A DNA stretch of 64,000 bases from Klebsormidium nitens (lineage: Eukaryota; Plantae; Klebsormidiophyceae): positions 4,217-68,216 of the forward strand of contig DF237444.1 of assembly GCA_000708835.1 (NCBI GenBank), in the 5' to 3' direction. Positions 38,591 to 52,600 of this stretch are shown here, in pieces; the first letter of the stretch is position 1; every line of letters begins with the position of its first letter. The notes below the pieces were generated by a model that ran no database searches, was not told the DNA's origin, and saw only the letters and a list, made by a program, of their open reading frames with translations. The translations under genes were made by a program, and so were the position numbers.

Positions 38591-41500
38591 GGAGTCCGTG
38601 CTCGTACGCCTGAATGATGGGGCTCCCATTGCCGACATAGCCCAAGTGGTGGTTGACATGGCGGATGTCAAGGCACCACTCAAAGATGTGAGTGACTTTA
38701 CATCGACGCACATTGATACAGCACCGTCTTTTTTTCAGTTGATTTGATAGGAAGATTCTCCAACGGAAGGTTCTCCAAGGAGCAAGCAACTGCTCTCCCT
38801 CCAATCTGTGTATCTCTTGCAAGATGTAAAGCGTTGTTTAATTGGTGCAGGACGAGGAGTCCCGCTCAGAAGCCGCCAAGAGGGACCACATTCTGGACAT
38901 ATTTGCCAGGACCACTCTGCTGTCACTCGTGGTAAGGTTGATGTCTCTGTCATCCCTTCCTCATGCTTCACATAAACAGCAAGAGCATCATCTTTAATGC
39001 TGAGATGCATTCTTCTCATCGCCCATCTTCTTATTACCCTCCGATCCTGACATCATTGCTTCTATTCTTAAAGCAGGAACAGGCGCGCCATGATGGGGAA
39101 CCTGTGATGACCTGGCAGGGGGCCAAGATCCAGCGGTTTCTTGGTAAGCGCCCTTGGGCTGGCAAGAAGCGAGAAGCTCAATGATCCTGCTGCAATCTCT
39201 GCTGCTGCACCGCTTCGAAGAGACCTGAGCCGCATGGCCTTTGTATCGTAGCTAGTTAGAGAGGTCTCTGGCTCACCTAGGTTGCGCCTGAGGAAACACG
39301 CCTTACTCCTGTGCAGACGTTGTTTCGGCGGTTTCGTTCCCACCTGGTGCCAGGCCTCGTGTAGACCCCGGCGTCATGCTGGCGGTGCTGGAGGACCTCA
39401 TGGACATGGTCACTGTGCCGGAGTGCCAACAGGTGGGCGCCAGGCAAAGCTCAAACCTGAATAAACGTGCTAAAGCCCCAACCTTTCTAATAGACTGGAG
39501 ATTCGAATAAGCGGATGGTCTCGCACCTGGAAGATTGCAGATCAAGCCAAGGGGGGCGCTTGTCACAAAACTGCGAGGTGTGGCAGTCTGCCCCTGACGC
39601 ATGCGTCTAGAAGACTGCTGAGCTTGCAGCTATTGTCAACCGAAGCTTGGGCTGCCACGGTGAGGCCTTCCATCCACTTTCTGACTTAAACTTCCCTGCA
39701 GGTGTTCTCCAATATTGAGAGGGAGCGGGATAACCTTGTCAAGGTGGGCCCTGCTGCCAACTTTCGTTGGTGCGACCCCCATCTGCAAGGTCACTTCTGC
39801 CACTGATGCTCGAGCCGCTGCTCAAACCGCTTAAACCTTATCTCATTCAACCCCTTAATCCCTGCAGGCTAAGACTAACCTGGCCCTGCTGCGCACTTTC
39901 AAGAAGCTGCTCAAGCGCCTCTCCAAGGTAGGCGGGCTAGCACCCCCAGTACCACATACATCGAGCCTGCCTCGCCTGTCTGGACCATGAATGCTTGCCG
40001 TCATGCCAGCTGTCTAGCGCCACTTCGTGCTGCCCGTGGGGATGTGTGCACTCTTCACGTACCTGGCTGTGCGTCTGCGGTGCAGACCCAGGACACGGTG
40101 TTCAGCGGGCGCATCCTCATGTTCATGGCCACCATCTGGTCCCTCTCAGAGCGCTCAGGTACGGCGGCTGGGCATCTCAAAGAATTGCTCTCCTCCGCAT
40201 CTATATTGCAGCAACTTCAAGCTGTAGCCGTGACTGTCTACTGTGCATCCTTTCAAGGGACAGCTTTTAGTGATCAGCCCTCTGTGCGCTGACCTCACTG
40301 TCGACATCCATTTTTGGCAGCCTCTACTAATTTTAGAGACATGCATGTCTATTGTGCTTTCACGAGACAGCATTCATGGACGACATTCTGCGTAAGCTGA
40401 CTTCAAGTCTGTGTCCAGCGTCCAACCACCTGGGTACCTTCAACACGGCCGCTGAGGTGGGCTACAGCCAGGACGCCGACATGCCTGCTGACGGTGAGCC
40501 CAAGAACTGCATTCAAATTCAGCGCGCTCAATAGCATCTCCGCTGCACGCACCGTCTGCTTTCCTTTTCGTTGTGGGAGAGTATGTTGATCTCATTTGTT
40601 TACGAGCTGGGGCTCATGATCCTCTCGTGTTTTATGCAGGCTCGAAAGTCGACAAGGCCTTCTACCAGACCTTCTGGAGCCTGCAGGTACGTGGCAGTCC
40701 TAGTCCCTCGGCGTCGTTGGTGTATGCATCTCAGGACAAACGCCTTACTCGTCGCATGGATTGTGGTCTAAGTTGGCGCTCTGCTTACCGGCCCTTACTC
40801 GTGGTCCGTAGGAACACTTCCGCCACCCCGCCCCGCTCGCCACCAACGCCACCCTGTCCAAGTTCCTCGACGCGCTGCAGGTGAGCACCAGCCACCCCCA
40901 GGTTTACAAGTTTCGATGCACTTCTGGGAGCTCCTCAGGCAGCTAGGTAGAGTACGCCTTCTCCGCTTCTGACGACAACGTTATGCATGCCTACACTGCA
41001 GATCTGCCCCGTCGAGAGTGCTCTCAGACTCAGGTTTTCTAGCATGGTTGGATCCAGGTGGTGTTGACCTACTTCAGCGATAATGCGGCGGGCGGCACTG
41101 GCCGGGGCCCAGCACAAGCGGAGTATGACACCACGTACCTAACCAGCCCCAAGCTGCTCAGCCTGCAGGTAAAGGGGCCCTTCGCTGCTACGGGCTCCGC
41201 GGGCCTTTGCTGGCGATGCGATGCAGGCTCCCTGTTCAGCTGAAGAGCCTACCCGTTTGATTGCATCGTGCCTGTTCGGTTGACGACACCAGGAATTTTT
41301 AGAGCCGCCAAAACAAGGCAAGTCAGTTTGCTTGCGGGTGCGAGGCGTAAGGCACGGCTCCTGACGATTTTCTCCGCTGTCTGTTGTGCAGCTGGGCGAC
41401 CCCAACTTCCGGCGCCACTTGCTTCTGCAGGCGCTCTTTGTTCTTCAGTGGCTGCGGGTGAGGCGCCAAATTGGATTGCTTGCAAGCTTCGGTCTATGTC

Positions 41501-43892
41501 TGCAATGGGTCCTGTTTGGAGACGTTGATGTTCTGATCCTTTCTTTGTCGTCGAAACCTTGGACGCTCGATCGATATGCTCTATTGCCAGGCTGAGCGGC
41601 GAAACAGCAAGGTTGCGAAACCACCCCCGGACGTGGCGGCAGCAGCAGCAGAGCGCCTTGCTAGCTTGGAGGCCCACAGCAAGCAGCTGCTGCGCGGCTT
41701 GCCGCCCCATGGCGCGCAGTTTGCAGATTACGTAGAACATGTCTTGGAGCGCGAGAAGAACTGGGTGAGGAACCACTGCCAACACGACTTTTGTGGGGGG
41801 ACTCATCAAACGAAAGGCTTGTCTTCGTAGACGCCTTTGCGGAGCTAGTATGGAACCAGTGTTAAGTGTGCCGAATTGGACGGTGCCGGCTCTAACTGAG
41901 CACTGATTGCTTACCTGCCTACTTGGGCTAATGTTCGGAACTACGGACCGCTCATTGCCCGTCCTCCTTGTGCGCAGCTGCTGTGGAAGTTCACTCCGGT
42001 CCCAATGACCAAGCCCTCCAAGCCGAACACGCCCATTCCCCCGGGCGCACTCCAGGCGTGCCCCACCATCGAAAAAGACCCTCTCACTAAGGAGGACGCG
42101 CTGCGTCCCCCGGGCAAGCGAAAAGCGGTGCGGCGCACGGCGCTGGGCAACGAGGTGCTGGCTCGTGTGTGGAACAGCACGCGGGGAGACCCCATGGCCG
42201 CACTGCGAGGAGCGAAGCGAGCATACGTGCCGCCGTTCATGGACTACATGCAGCGGCTGGCGGACGAGATGGACCCGGAGAGCGGCATCGAGGAGGAGTA
42301 CAGAGTCGCCAAATCGCCGGTAAGGATTCCGATGTTCCTGTTCGTTTCCAAAGGGGAGTGAGACTCTGTATGCGATCAATCGGGCCTGCTTCTATTTTCT
42401 GCTACAATGGTGCTTGATCTTCTGCTACATCCAAGTCGTAGCGTGCAAGCCCCAAGAAGTCCTGTGAGCAAGACCCTCTCTAGAAGCCTGTTTGAAGATT
42501 ACAGCTGCTGACGTGGCGACTGCGTGATCTGTAAAGGTGTACGAGTGGCGGGGCCTGCGGCTCAACGCCCGACACAACGTGGCTGCTTTCGGGGATGTCG
42601 CCCGGCACGGGGGCGACCTGGCCGCGTTGCTGCCGAAGTCGATGCGCCCTGCGGCGGTCGCCGGCAAAGAGGAGGCGTCGCAGGGGGGAATCGAAAACGA
42701 CCTGCTACAGGACGACGAGGACCCGGGAGAAGGGGCGGCGGAAGAGAGCGGGCCACGGGATGGGGGGGAGTCTGAAGCGAAGGAGGAGGCGAAAGCAGAG
42801 GAGGCAGGTGCGGATAAGAGCGAACGCGCAAGCGCTAAGGAGGATGCGAAAGCTGAGGAGGCGGATGCAATGAAGGTTGACCGCACAAGCACTGCAGAGG
42901 AGGTTACGAAGCAAGAGGACGGAGGGGCGACCGACTCAGGGGCGGTGGCAACAGAAAAGGCCGGCGACGACACGGGCACGGCAGGGGAGGGGCGGGCGCC
43001 GGGTCCCCAGCCAATGGAGGTGGACAGTGTTGCGGAAGAGGGGGGTCAGGAAGGTCCTCAGAAAGAAAGTGCGGAGCCGGCGGCAGAAAAGACGGAAGAA
43101 GGGCCGGCACCAGAGAGGGTACAGCCCGAAGAGGAGGGGATGGAAGGTGCTGCCCCAAAAAGGGTCGAGGCTGAAGCGGCGCAGCTCGTGGTTGCAGAAG
43201 AGACGGGGCAGGCGGTGAAAACGGGCGAGAACACGCCGGAGACAAAGACGAGCGAAGAAACGGGCAGGTCGAATGCTGCCGGGGAAGAAGCGAAGGGGAA
43301 GGAAAGCTTGGAGCAGTCGGAGAAAGCTGGGGTTGCGAGTGAAGCTTTGGCGCCCACGGAATCTGTACTCGAGGTGGACAAAAATGTTGTCCAGCAAGAG
43401 ACGGAGACTATGGCCGAGGCTTCTGGTCGCAGCAAAGAGGATGACGTGGCCGCAGCAGAGGAGCTTGCTGGCCCCGCTACTGCTTCCACAGCGGTCACCA
43501 GGACCGACTTAGCGGAACAGGTCTCGGAAGCTGTTTTTCCAGGAAAGGCAAGCCCGACTCTTGAAAAACAAGGGCCCACCGGCCCCAAGGTGGAGAAGAC
43601 AACACCCGTTGCCTCCTCAAAAGCTGAGGAACAAGCGTCAACGACACCCAAGGTTGAGGAAGAAGTGAGTGCCACGCCCCAGGAGAAAGAATTAGCGCCC
43701 GTCAGCCAAAAGGTGGAGGAACAAGCGCCTGGTGCCCAAGCAGAGCAGGAGGGCGCCAAAGAGGAGGCAACACCGGCACCGCCGGTAGCAGAAAGGGGTG
43801 GCCGAGGTAGGGGCAGGGGCCGAGGGAAGCGGAAGCCTGAGGAAACGGTGCAAGATTTGGCGGCGAGAAGAGTGACACGACGGAAGAAGTAA
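38591..43892 (+). CDS. THO1: THO complex subunit 1 (THOC1/HPR1), about 15 exons; start codon not located (upstream of 38591)
   Basis: Spliced exons: HILDIFARTTLLSLV, GEPVMTWQG, VLEDLMDMVTVPECQQ|VFSNIE, LALLRTFKKLLKRLSK|TQDTVFSGRILMFMATIWSLSERS, FYQTFWSLQ, YLTSPKLLSLQ|LGDPNFRRHLLLQALF, VEHVLEREKNW, YEWRGLRLNAR. These follow the plant THO1 motif order. The terminal exon 42536-43892 is acidic and low-complexity. Confidence 0.9.
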
Positions 43893-44898
43893 CGCAGGCA
43901 ACTTGACGATCGAAGGACGCAAAAATCATGCTCGAGCATTTGCGCCTTAATCAAGTTTTTTGAAGCGACTCTGCGCAACGGATGTCTGTCGTGGTCCAAA
44001 TGAGGCTGATTGCGTTGATGTGGTCATTCCTCTTTCTCGGAGGTGACATGCTCTCTACAAAGTGATTGTTGATTGCAACAATGGTGAATTAAACACCTTG
44101 AGCTAGTTCGCTGACCGAGCCTTACCACGTTGCTGATCCCTAGCTCGAGGCCGCCCCTTGATCGTTTCGATATACCCGTACTGCTATTTGATTTCGGCAC
44201 CTTCGACGCCGAAAAGTTAATTATGAAACGTTTATTCCTTTCGGCAGACCTAGTGCTACCTGCTAAAAAGTCCCATTGTCGACCATTATCGCTCCAAAAT
44301 ATATTCCAGCGGAATTCGGCAGGGCACATAATTGTTTATTTTTTGCCGAAATCACGTAGCAGTACGTACGGTATCTTGTACTACGCGAATATATTCTGAA
44401 TGTGAGGATCGTCTGCAAGTGCGCGCATGCACGCGAGTTAGTACAGCTATACTACTAGTGGGAATGAGCGGGCCAGGCATGTTGGAATGAATAAATCAAC
44501 CGGCGCCAGCGGCCGCGCCGGGACGCCAGCATGCATCATGCGTATGTGCGCATGATCTTAATCATATAGGGTGCCATAGGTATGTGGCCAGCTCGAAGGC
44601 AGCACTGTGATCGTCAAGAGCTACGTTGAACCATGTTGTGCAGCCATGCACTCAGTAGCCTTTGTCTGGAACATGATACGGTGCCCAAGACACGGTGAAA
44701 TTCAGAGAAATATCTGCGCCAGTGTATCTTATCCGACTATAAACCTACACAAACGATCTGAACGGTAGGTATGTGTAAATCACTTCGCGAGATAGGGAAA
44801 CAAGCAGATATAACCGCACATGTATGCACTGAGAAGTGCAATTGACTTTTGTTGCGCATACGACCCGTACCGTACGAATTCAGCACATCCATGATGCG

Positions 44899-47800
44899 TT
44901 ACAGTCGGGAGAGCTGCGTCGTCTTAGCTCGGTGTATCGTTGCCAAGTGCCATGCAATTTGTGCCCCGATTTTGGCGTTGTTCTTGACGAGAGCGACATC
45001 TGGAGAAAAGACCAGGTCAAGGCAAGTTTAGCCCAAAGACTGGCCACCAGAAAGCAGAACGAGGAGAAGATGAAAAGGTGACCAAGGTTTTCGTTGACAA
45101 ACCTGAAGTAAGACAAACCTCAAGTAAAGTGCTGCTTTGACAGAGGTGCCGCAACACGTGTTGCAAAGACAAACTTCCTTACTTGCACTCAAACAAGCTG
45201 GAATCAAGTTTGCGCAAGCGGGAACAGAGTCACTTGGATTTGAAGCCTTACTTGCTTGTAAAGATGCTCCACCACTTAGTTCGTTGACCCGCTTGAGAAG
45301 GAAAGGGGTGCTGTCTGCCCCACTGATTTTTCCGCTGGAAGCAATCACCAAGAGTCAATGACGAAGCGTTTATGCAGATGAACCTAGTAGACAAACGAGT
45401 CATTTGAATTGAGCCAGCGGGCGAACTTGCAAACCGAATTTGATGTCAACGTTCTAGTAAGTCAAAGAAAAGTAGGTCTCTTGGCTGTCAGAGACGGAGT
45501 GCTAAGAGGCAAACGTCAGCGCCTCCCTTTGATGTGAACAGTCGGGCATATCGTCTCGATCCTACGGCGAAACGGATTGTGGAGAGCGTAAGAAGGCGCT
45601 GCTGCCAGTCAGCAGAGTCCTCGACTTGCAAGAGATGCTCGCACCTCGCCTCTGACAGTGCTCTTTGGATCGCCGCCTCCACCTTTTCCGAAGCCGCCGC
45701 ATCCGACTCAGGAATCGGAACCCCGATCACGATGCCGCTGCCCAAACCCAGCCTCACGTTTGCGTCTGCAGACACGGTTGCAGCTGTAAACCGTGGTCCT
45801 TTCCAACCTCCAGCGTACGGCATGAACGGACAAACAAGAACATATGGTTTCCTCTTGTTCAAAGACAGCATAATCCAACGCACTGGATCTCTCTGCAGGC
45901 AAAGTAGTTGCATAGCTCGACCTTTACCTTTGGATGTATCGACGTAACGGGCTTCAAGACTCAGTCAGGAAAAGTGGGAGAAGAGAACAACCATGAAGTC
46001 CTCATCGGAGCAATAAAGTCGTGCGTCGAAAATTTGCCATCGGCATGCAGCAAAGCCGTCGAGTCGTAGGCAAAAGGTAGCACTCGAGCAGAAGTAACCA
46101 AGAAGCTCAAACATATTTCTCGTCCCCCGTAAGGAGTGTGCTCACCTATAAGCTCCGCACACTCCATCTCCGAGTTAACCCGGCTTGGGGCCTGCGAAGC
46201 GGACGAATTTGCACTGATTAACCACTGTGATTAACGCAGCAGAGTCTTTGTGTCAGAACATATAAGACAACAACCGCACCACTTCAAAGCTCCGCGGCAG
46301 ATTTTACCACTGACTCGTGCCCACGGACCTGCGCAAAAGCCTTAGTCACGGGCAGCTCGAAAGGGCAGTAAGGGATCTCTGAACACACACCCGCTTTTTG
46401 AGCACGACCGCGACCGACTCAGAATAATGCAACTTTTCTTGTGGGCCAGGTTCATTGACACAGTTGGTCCGACGCCAAATCGTCAATGCAGAGCAGTTGC
46501 TTTGACTCTTATTTCAAGACCCTGGTATGAATGGGGGCTGGGGTTTGCCTGCGTTACCGGACCTTGCAGCCGCTGTGGGGCGTGAAAAAGGCGGGGAACT
46601 CGTCCGTACCAAGAGCGGCGACCGTGACTCCTTGCGTCTCCTGAGCGGCAAGACAGGACGTGAAGGTCATGCTGGGGAAGATATAACAAGGACGATCGTT
46701 CGCATTGAGAGAACGAGCATACTTCGAGCGATGCTCCACAATGAATCCTCCCAAAATAAGCGTCGACAGGACGCAGGCCTTCATGGGGTGTCAGAGGCCC
46801 TCATCTCCGCACAGTGACTATTCTTGGAATTCAATCACCAAGGCCCAAGAAAACTGAAATTGCCAGACTAACCACATTCATTATAGGGCAAACTTGCAAT
46901 AGACAGGGAGCACTTCAGCCGAACACTGATTCTTGGACGGCTTACCAGGTACTCGAGAGTACGTGGAATATCCAGGATCGATTTCACGCCCGCGCAGACC
47001 ACAGCGACCGGTGTGCGCCCCAGCTCCGTCAAGTCGGAGGAGATGTCCATGCCTAGGTGGAAATGTGACGCCTCGGTCAACCGAACGTCGTGCTCTTTTT
47101 GTCGGCACAATGGGTCGCAAATGGGGCACGTGTGTCAGCATTTCAAGCAGAGGCACCAAATTCACGAATAACCACAGGCTCTGACGGCTGGATCTCCAAG
47201 AAGTAAACCAAAGGGCCACCGCCGAGTCTACTCACTGCTCTCTGCTCCTCGATGGACACCCCCGATTCCTCCCGTAACGAAAACCGGGATCCCAACCTGC
47301 AAACAGGACCAAGAAGTTGGGATTGGCAACAGTGGCATTGATTCTGCTCAGCCGAAGGCATTTTACACCGATAACAACTGGAAACGCACGACTTGGAAGT
47401 CCTCAAACGAAGGGCTCTGACTGAGGACGACATGAAAACTTGCAAGGTGACTCATTCAGAACCTGCGCAGTAGAGAGCCTACTAGAGCTGCGGCTAGGAG
47501 GTTAGAGGGCGCGTGCATATTCTAAAACCAAGTTGCTTTCGTGTGGCAATTTGTCCTCATTGTCCTTTCCGTCCCTCAGTTTCGCAGCATCCCCCAGCTT
47601 GCTCTCCTACTCGTCCCTTCAACGTCCTTCTAAATGCAAGTATTTAGTGGCATGCTTCGAGAATCTGAAGCAGGGTCTCACGAAGGCAAATCTGGAGTAT
47701 TTTTCTTCGTGCTCCCGGCAATTGGGCCGAGCTCACTTGAACCCTCCGTCGTGGGAAAGTCAGTGATGTCTAGATGACTTTGAGAGCATTATTTTTTCTT

Positions 47801-49275
47801 TGTCCCAAGCAGCAGCTCCTTCTTTCACATGTGCCTATGCAAGCACTCCACTTTCAAGCCTCTGATTGGACTCGCTTGATCGCTTGATGCATTTGGTGTG
47901 TTTGTGGACCTATTAGGGGCAGCCTTTCAAGCATACAGCCGACGCACCTTGGCTGCAAAAAACATTGTGGCTGACACGGTTGTAGCCCCATCCTTCTTCT
48001 GCGAGACTACATAGGCAATGTCTCGTCGAGCTGTCTTCTTGACGCTCAGGCCTCTGCGAGCCAAATCTTCAAGCTCAGCACCAGTCAAGCCTGTACCAGG
48101 GGACTGGACTTCAGGGGGATCCCTCTCAGGGCAGAATAAGAGGAGCATCGTGGATGTCTCGAACTGAAAGCTTCAAGATCAAGTTGGGTACTTCACCTTT
48201 ATTGACGCATATCAGTCATGTCTGCAAGCAATGTAACTTTCATTGCCGCCTGGAAGAATTGGTCGCCTGACAAATAATTCTGATGGCTGCAAGGAGGGCA
48301 ACCTGAATTGACCACCAGTCTTGGAGGTTTGTAAGTTCAGTCCCTCACCCACATGCACCACACCTCGTATGATTGCTATGGTGGCAGGTTCTGCTCCATT
48401 AGCTCTTACAATATCCTCAACTTCTCGGGCCGTCTTCAGGTTCTGGGGAAACGGCATACCTGTATAAGCATTGTTCCGCCCCACTTTCAGTTTATCAGAG
48501 CGATAAGCAGTGCAAGACAAGAGTAAGGTAGACGAATTCAACTCAATTTCGCTTGCTAATCTTCTGAGCTACAACAGATGAAGCTGCGGCCAGAAGGTGA
48601 AGCGTCAGCAGAGCAGAGCTTCCAATCACAGAAAGCTACTTTATGGAAAACTAGTTTTCTGGGGCAGGAGAAAAGGCCACCGTTCATTCCAACACATGTG
48701 TCTCATGCTTTTCGAAGGTGCTCAGCGAACTCCGTTGCGAGGTGTCAAACAGTCATGAAACCGCAATTGAAGCGCCTGTACTGAGGATAAGTGAGCGCCA
48801 TAGGCAGCTTGTCTCAGTACATGGATAATTGATGATTTAGTATGTACTCCGCTTACCACCACCAGGCGCACGTTGGTTGAGTTTTCGAATCAGGTGGTGC
48901 TAGCTCTGCCGCTTTAGCAGTCCAAAACTACTTACCATGGCAAACAATCGTGGACTCCAGGGCCACCACTGGGCTGCCTGCCTCCAAAGCCCTCTTAACT
49001 GGATCACTGACCTGGTAGGCGCTTCCGTTACAAGCTTCCATGGCTATCTGTGCACTGACAGCCATCCTGCTGCCGCTACTTGTTTGTGTGTGGTTCAGGC
49101 CAAAAGCTGATAATCTGTCAGAATCAATGCTTGGAAGCAGCATTTGCTCGTGCTCTCCAGATTGACCCGAAGAAGCCCTCCCAGAACAGCAGGCTGCGTC
49201 TTGCAGAAGCTCATAGTCAGCACTCTGTAGATGCCTGTGGAGCACCATCATTCTTTTCGCCCCAGGTGCAGCCAT
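44899..49275 (-). CDS. PUMY: Pseudouridine-5'-phosphate glycosidase (PsuG/IndA family, plant PUMY) with N-terminal PTS2, about 9 exons
   Basis: [12 protein letters not shown]|MPFPQN (48936-48430), [61 protein letters not shown]|[44 protein letters not shown] (stop 44899-44901). Confidence 0.95.
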
Positions 49276-49645
49276 CCTGAACAGGGAAGATCAGCTCGAG
49301 CTGCGGCTCACACCTGCGAAATTTGAACGAAGTTGGCGCTGACCTGGCAGTGATTGTCTGAATCATAATGTGACACTGATTGCCCATCCTTCTGCAGACT
49401 GTCTTGGCATTGTTGACAGTCACTCTGACATTTACAGTGATGTTGACCCTTGAAAGTTGAAAGTCCTGTCACATTCATTGCATGGACTGTCTCGTCAAGA
49501 ACAAGGGAGAAGGGCGCTTCATTTTGTGAGATGCCACCCGATTTCCAAGCCGCTGAGGACCAATGGCCAAGCCCTGAGTTCAGTGGCAGCAAGAGCAATC
49601 CCTTTCAAACAGCGGCGCTCGCTTGTGCTGAAAGGGCCTACAATC

Positions 49646-52600
49646 ATGTTACGGCGTCTGCCTTCAGGAGGGGGGGCAGACGAAGAAGCCATCTCTTGCC
49701 CCGCCTGCGTGCGCCTGGATGAGTATCAAGGGCCAATTCGTCTTGGGCGGCACACAAGTGCTGAGATAAGATGTTTGTCCACAAAAACCTCTGCAGAGCG
49801 AGAGGTCACCAACGCAGCAGTCTCAAGGTGGCATGCAGAGATAACGCGAACTGCTGGGGGAGATTATGTCATCAAGGACACATCAGCAAACGGGACGATG
49901 GTATGTAACTGGCTCACATGAGGTTGTTTACAAGATAGTGAAGGTGATTGAGAAGGCAGGCACAGAATGCACTTCTCAATGGTTTAGTGCTTCCTGTGGA
50001 AATGTTGCAATGCACTGCATCATGAAGCTTCTTTGAATGCCTGTTGGGTGGTGTGAACAGGACAGGCCTCAGACAATTGACTTTTTGATGCACTGCTCGT
50101 ACAGGTCAACGGTCATAAGCTTGTTGGTACACACACTCTCGCTGAAGGAGACGTCATCATTCTTGGTAGGTCTGCACACTAATCTGACAACATCATGCAA
50201 GCTCCCCAAGTGTCGTGTGCTTCTTCTTTTCAAGTGCACCCCATCTTTTTGGTATTGGCACCGCCTATCTTATCTTGAAGAGCATCTTGTGCTGCAAATA
50301 TGCCTTGCCCAATTGGCCGCAGCCTGTAACTAGCAACGCACCTCGACTGATTCAGGGGTTGATGGACCCCAGCTCTGAGCTTCCACCTCTGGCTGAAGGT
50401 GACCAAATCTCTTTTGCTGCACAGGGATGCCAACATACAAAGCTACACCCCACTTGGAGACTAGCACCGAAGTCACCAACCCTTTCCGTTTTGAATTCTC
50501 TGTCGACCAAGGACGTCCTGTTGGACTCTCTGAGGCCCAACCTGCTGCTCCGTTAGTTCCCCCTGGTGTGCCTCAATTGGACAAACAGAGTCATGCTGCA
50601 CAGCCCCCGGGCTGCAGTCTCTTGTCGCCACCAGCGCCCCTTGAGAAACCCTTGGGCGCAAGCCTTCGATCGGCTGAGGAACGGCTTCCTAGAGTAGACC
50701 TAGCCGGAGTTAATCCAACGCTTGACCGTATAGACCGTGTACAAAAACCATCAGAGGACACTGCGCAGTTGCAGGACGGGGATGCAAGTAGACCGGATTC
50801 AACAGCCAACTTAGTCAAGCCACGTCACCCTGCTGACCGCAATACCGGTGGAGAGTCCCGCAGAGGCAGGAGGCTGGTGAGGATCCACGGAGACCGGCAG
50901 GGCAATGGAAACGAGTTCGTTGACTTGTCTGACCTCCCAGAAGTGGAGCTGCCTGATGCTGGTAGAGGGGCAGGCGGGGCACGCAGGCAAAGATTAGAAG
51001 ATCAGACTGAAGCCGCCAGGACAGGAGACGGTATTGGGCATGCGCTTAACACAGAACAGGCAGGGCAAGATAGGGAGAGTGGACGTCAACAAGCAGACAC
51101 TGCGGAAGGGCTTGGCCGGGTTGACGAGGGGCGAGAGCGCGTGCGGCAGCGGCTGATGGAGGTGGTGCGGGCGAAAGCTCGCGCAGACGAGCGGCAGAGC
51201 CCCCTCAAGAGGCGCAGCCCGGACTCCCCGTCTACGGGCGTATCACGGATGGCAAAGCTTTTGAAACCAGGGACAGCCTCCCGGACTGCCGCGCCGGGCA
51301 CGCCACTCAGCTTAGCGGACGACTGCCCACTTTTGGAGGTGCCGGAAGTAGGGGACGGGAGGGGGGGCGCTGTGCGGACCCGTGGCCTGGGGCCCCAATC
51401 CGCAGGCAGTGCTCCTAACCCGGGGCAGAGCTTGGTGATTGAGGTCCCTGCGAGTATGGATCCCCCAGCGAACCAGGATGCGGATGTGCCTGATGGTCTG
51501 ATTGTGGATCCTCCGGGAGAGGCGTCCGCGCCGAGCGTGCCTGTGGAACCACCGCAAGCCCCTCCCACTGCCACGGAAGACTCAGGTAGGGGCGCTAGTA
51601 AGAATGAGAGCTGACCTGCTATTTCCGAGTACTGCTTCATGACCAAGAAACGCTTCTGCCATGGAAGAGTCGGCATATCTATCTTTACGCTGTTCGATGG
51701 TCACAAAACTTTCTTTGTTTGGTTGAGGTTAAGCATCCGATAGGGTTTGTGCACAAAGCTTGCTGGGCCTTTCCATCTGAGATTCCGTACAGTATGGCGC
51801 AAGAGCATTGGCACGATCCTCATACCCTCTCCCAATTGACTCTCTGCTTAGTCTGAATATTGTGGGTTCGAACTATGGGCTGGCTACTTTTGAACATCGT
51901 TTCAAACTGTCACGCTGGGTTCCAAGAGCCTGGGCAGGGCACGAGAATCAGAAAGGGGTGACCAAATCAATTCAGGAGCTTCACCAGGAAAGAGTGTGAC
52001 CAGCACGACTTAGCTTCGCTTCATCTTCCGTCATGTCGACCTGGTAGTGGTGGGTCGTGCGCTCCAATTTCAACAAGAGAACGTCTCAAACTACGATGAC
52101 TGTCGTTGACGTGTGAATGACGTGCAAAGGCCAATCGAAGCGTCCGCTGCCTACTTCCAAACAAGAGCCAAGTGCCCCGATCGGTAGCCACACCAAGCTG
52201 GTTCGTCTTCTGATCGGAACTGACGCAGATACCGTTCTTCTTGCAGCCAAGCAGAGCGCGGAGGCGGAGGTGCTGGAGATGCTGGGCGAGGAGATGCAGT
52301 GCGTCATCTGCCAGAGCTTCCTGTGCGCGGCGCACGCGCTGCCGTGCTCGCACACCTTCTGCGGGGACTGCCTCGTCCAGTGGCTCAGCAAGAAGCCGCA
52401 CTGCCCCACGTGCCGCCAGCCGACCGGGGGGGCCAACCCGACGCCGATTCATAACATTGACAGCATGATCGAACGGGCCGCCAGTGTAAGTGACGCATGC
52501 AGTGTAATTGAGTTTTCCGTTTTTAGGCACCGATGGCGCCTACCCGCTGAGTCTGCAGTGATGTTCCTGAATACTGACAGGCAAACCAGCTTGACGACAA

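Noticed and set aside
41249-43999. Long minus-strand ORFs (376 aa, 313 aa, 184 aa)
   Set aside because: Antisense to THOC1 exons; S/A-rich mirror of the E/A/K-rich sense protein.
44448-44460. TACTACTAGTG, the reverse complement of a CACTAGTAG-type CACTA end
   Set aside because: No matching opposite terminus found nearby; too short to support a call.
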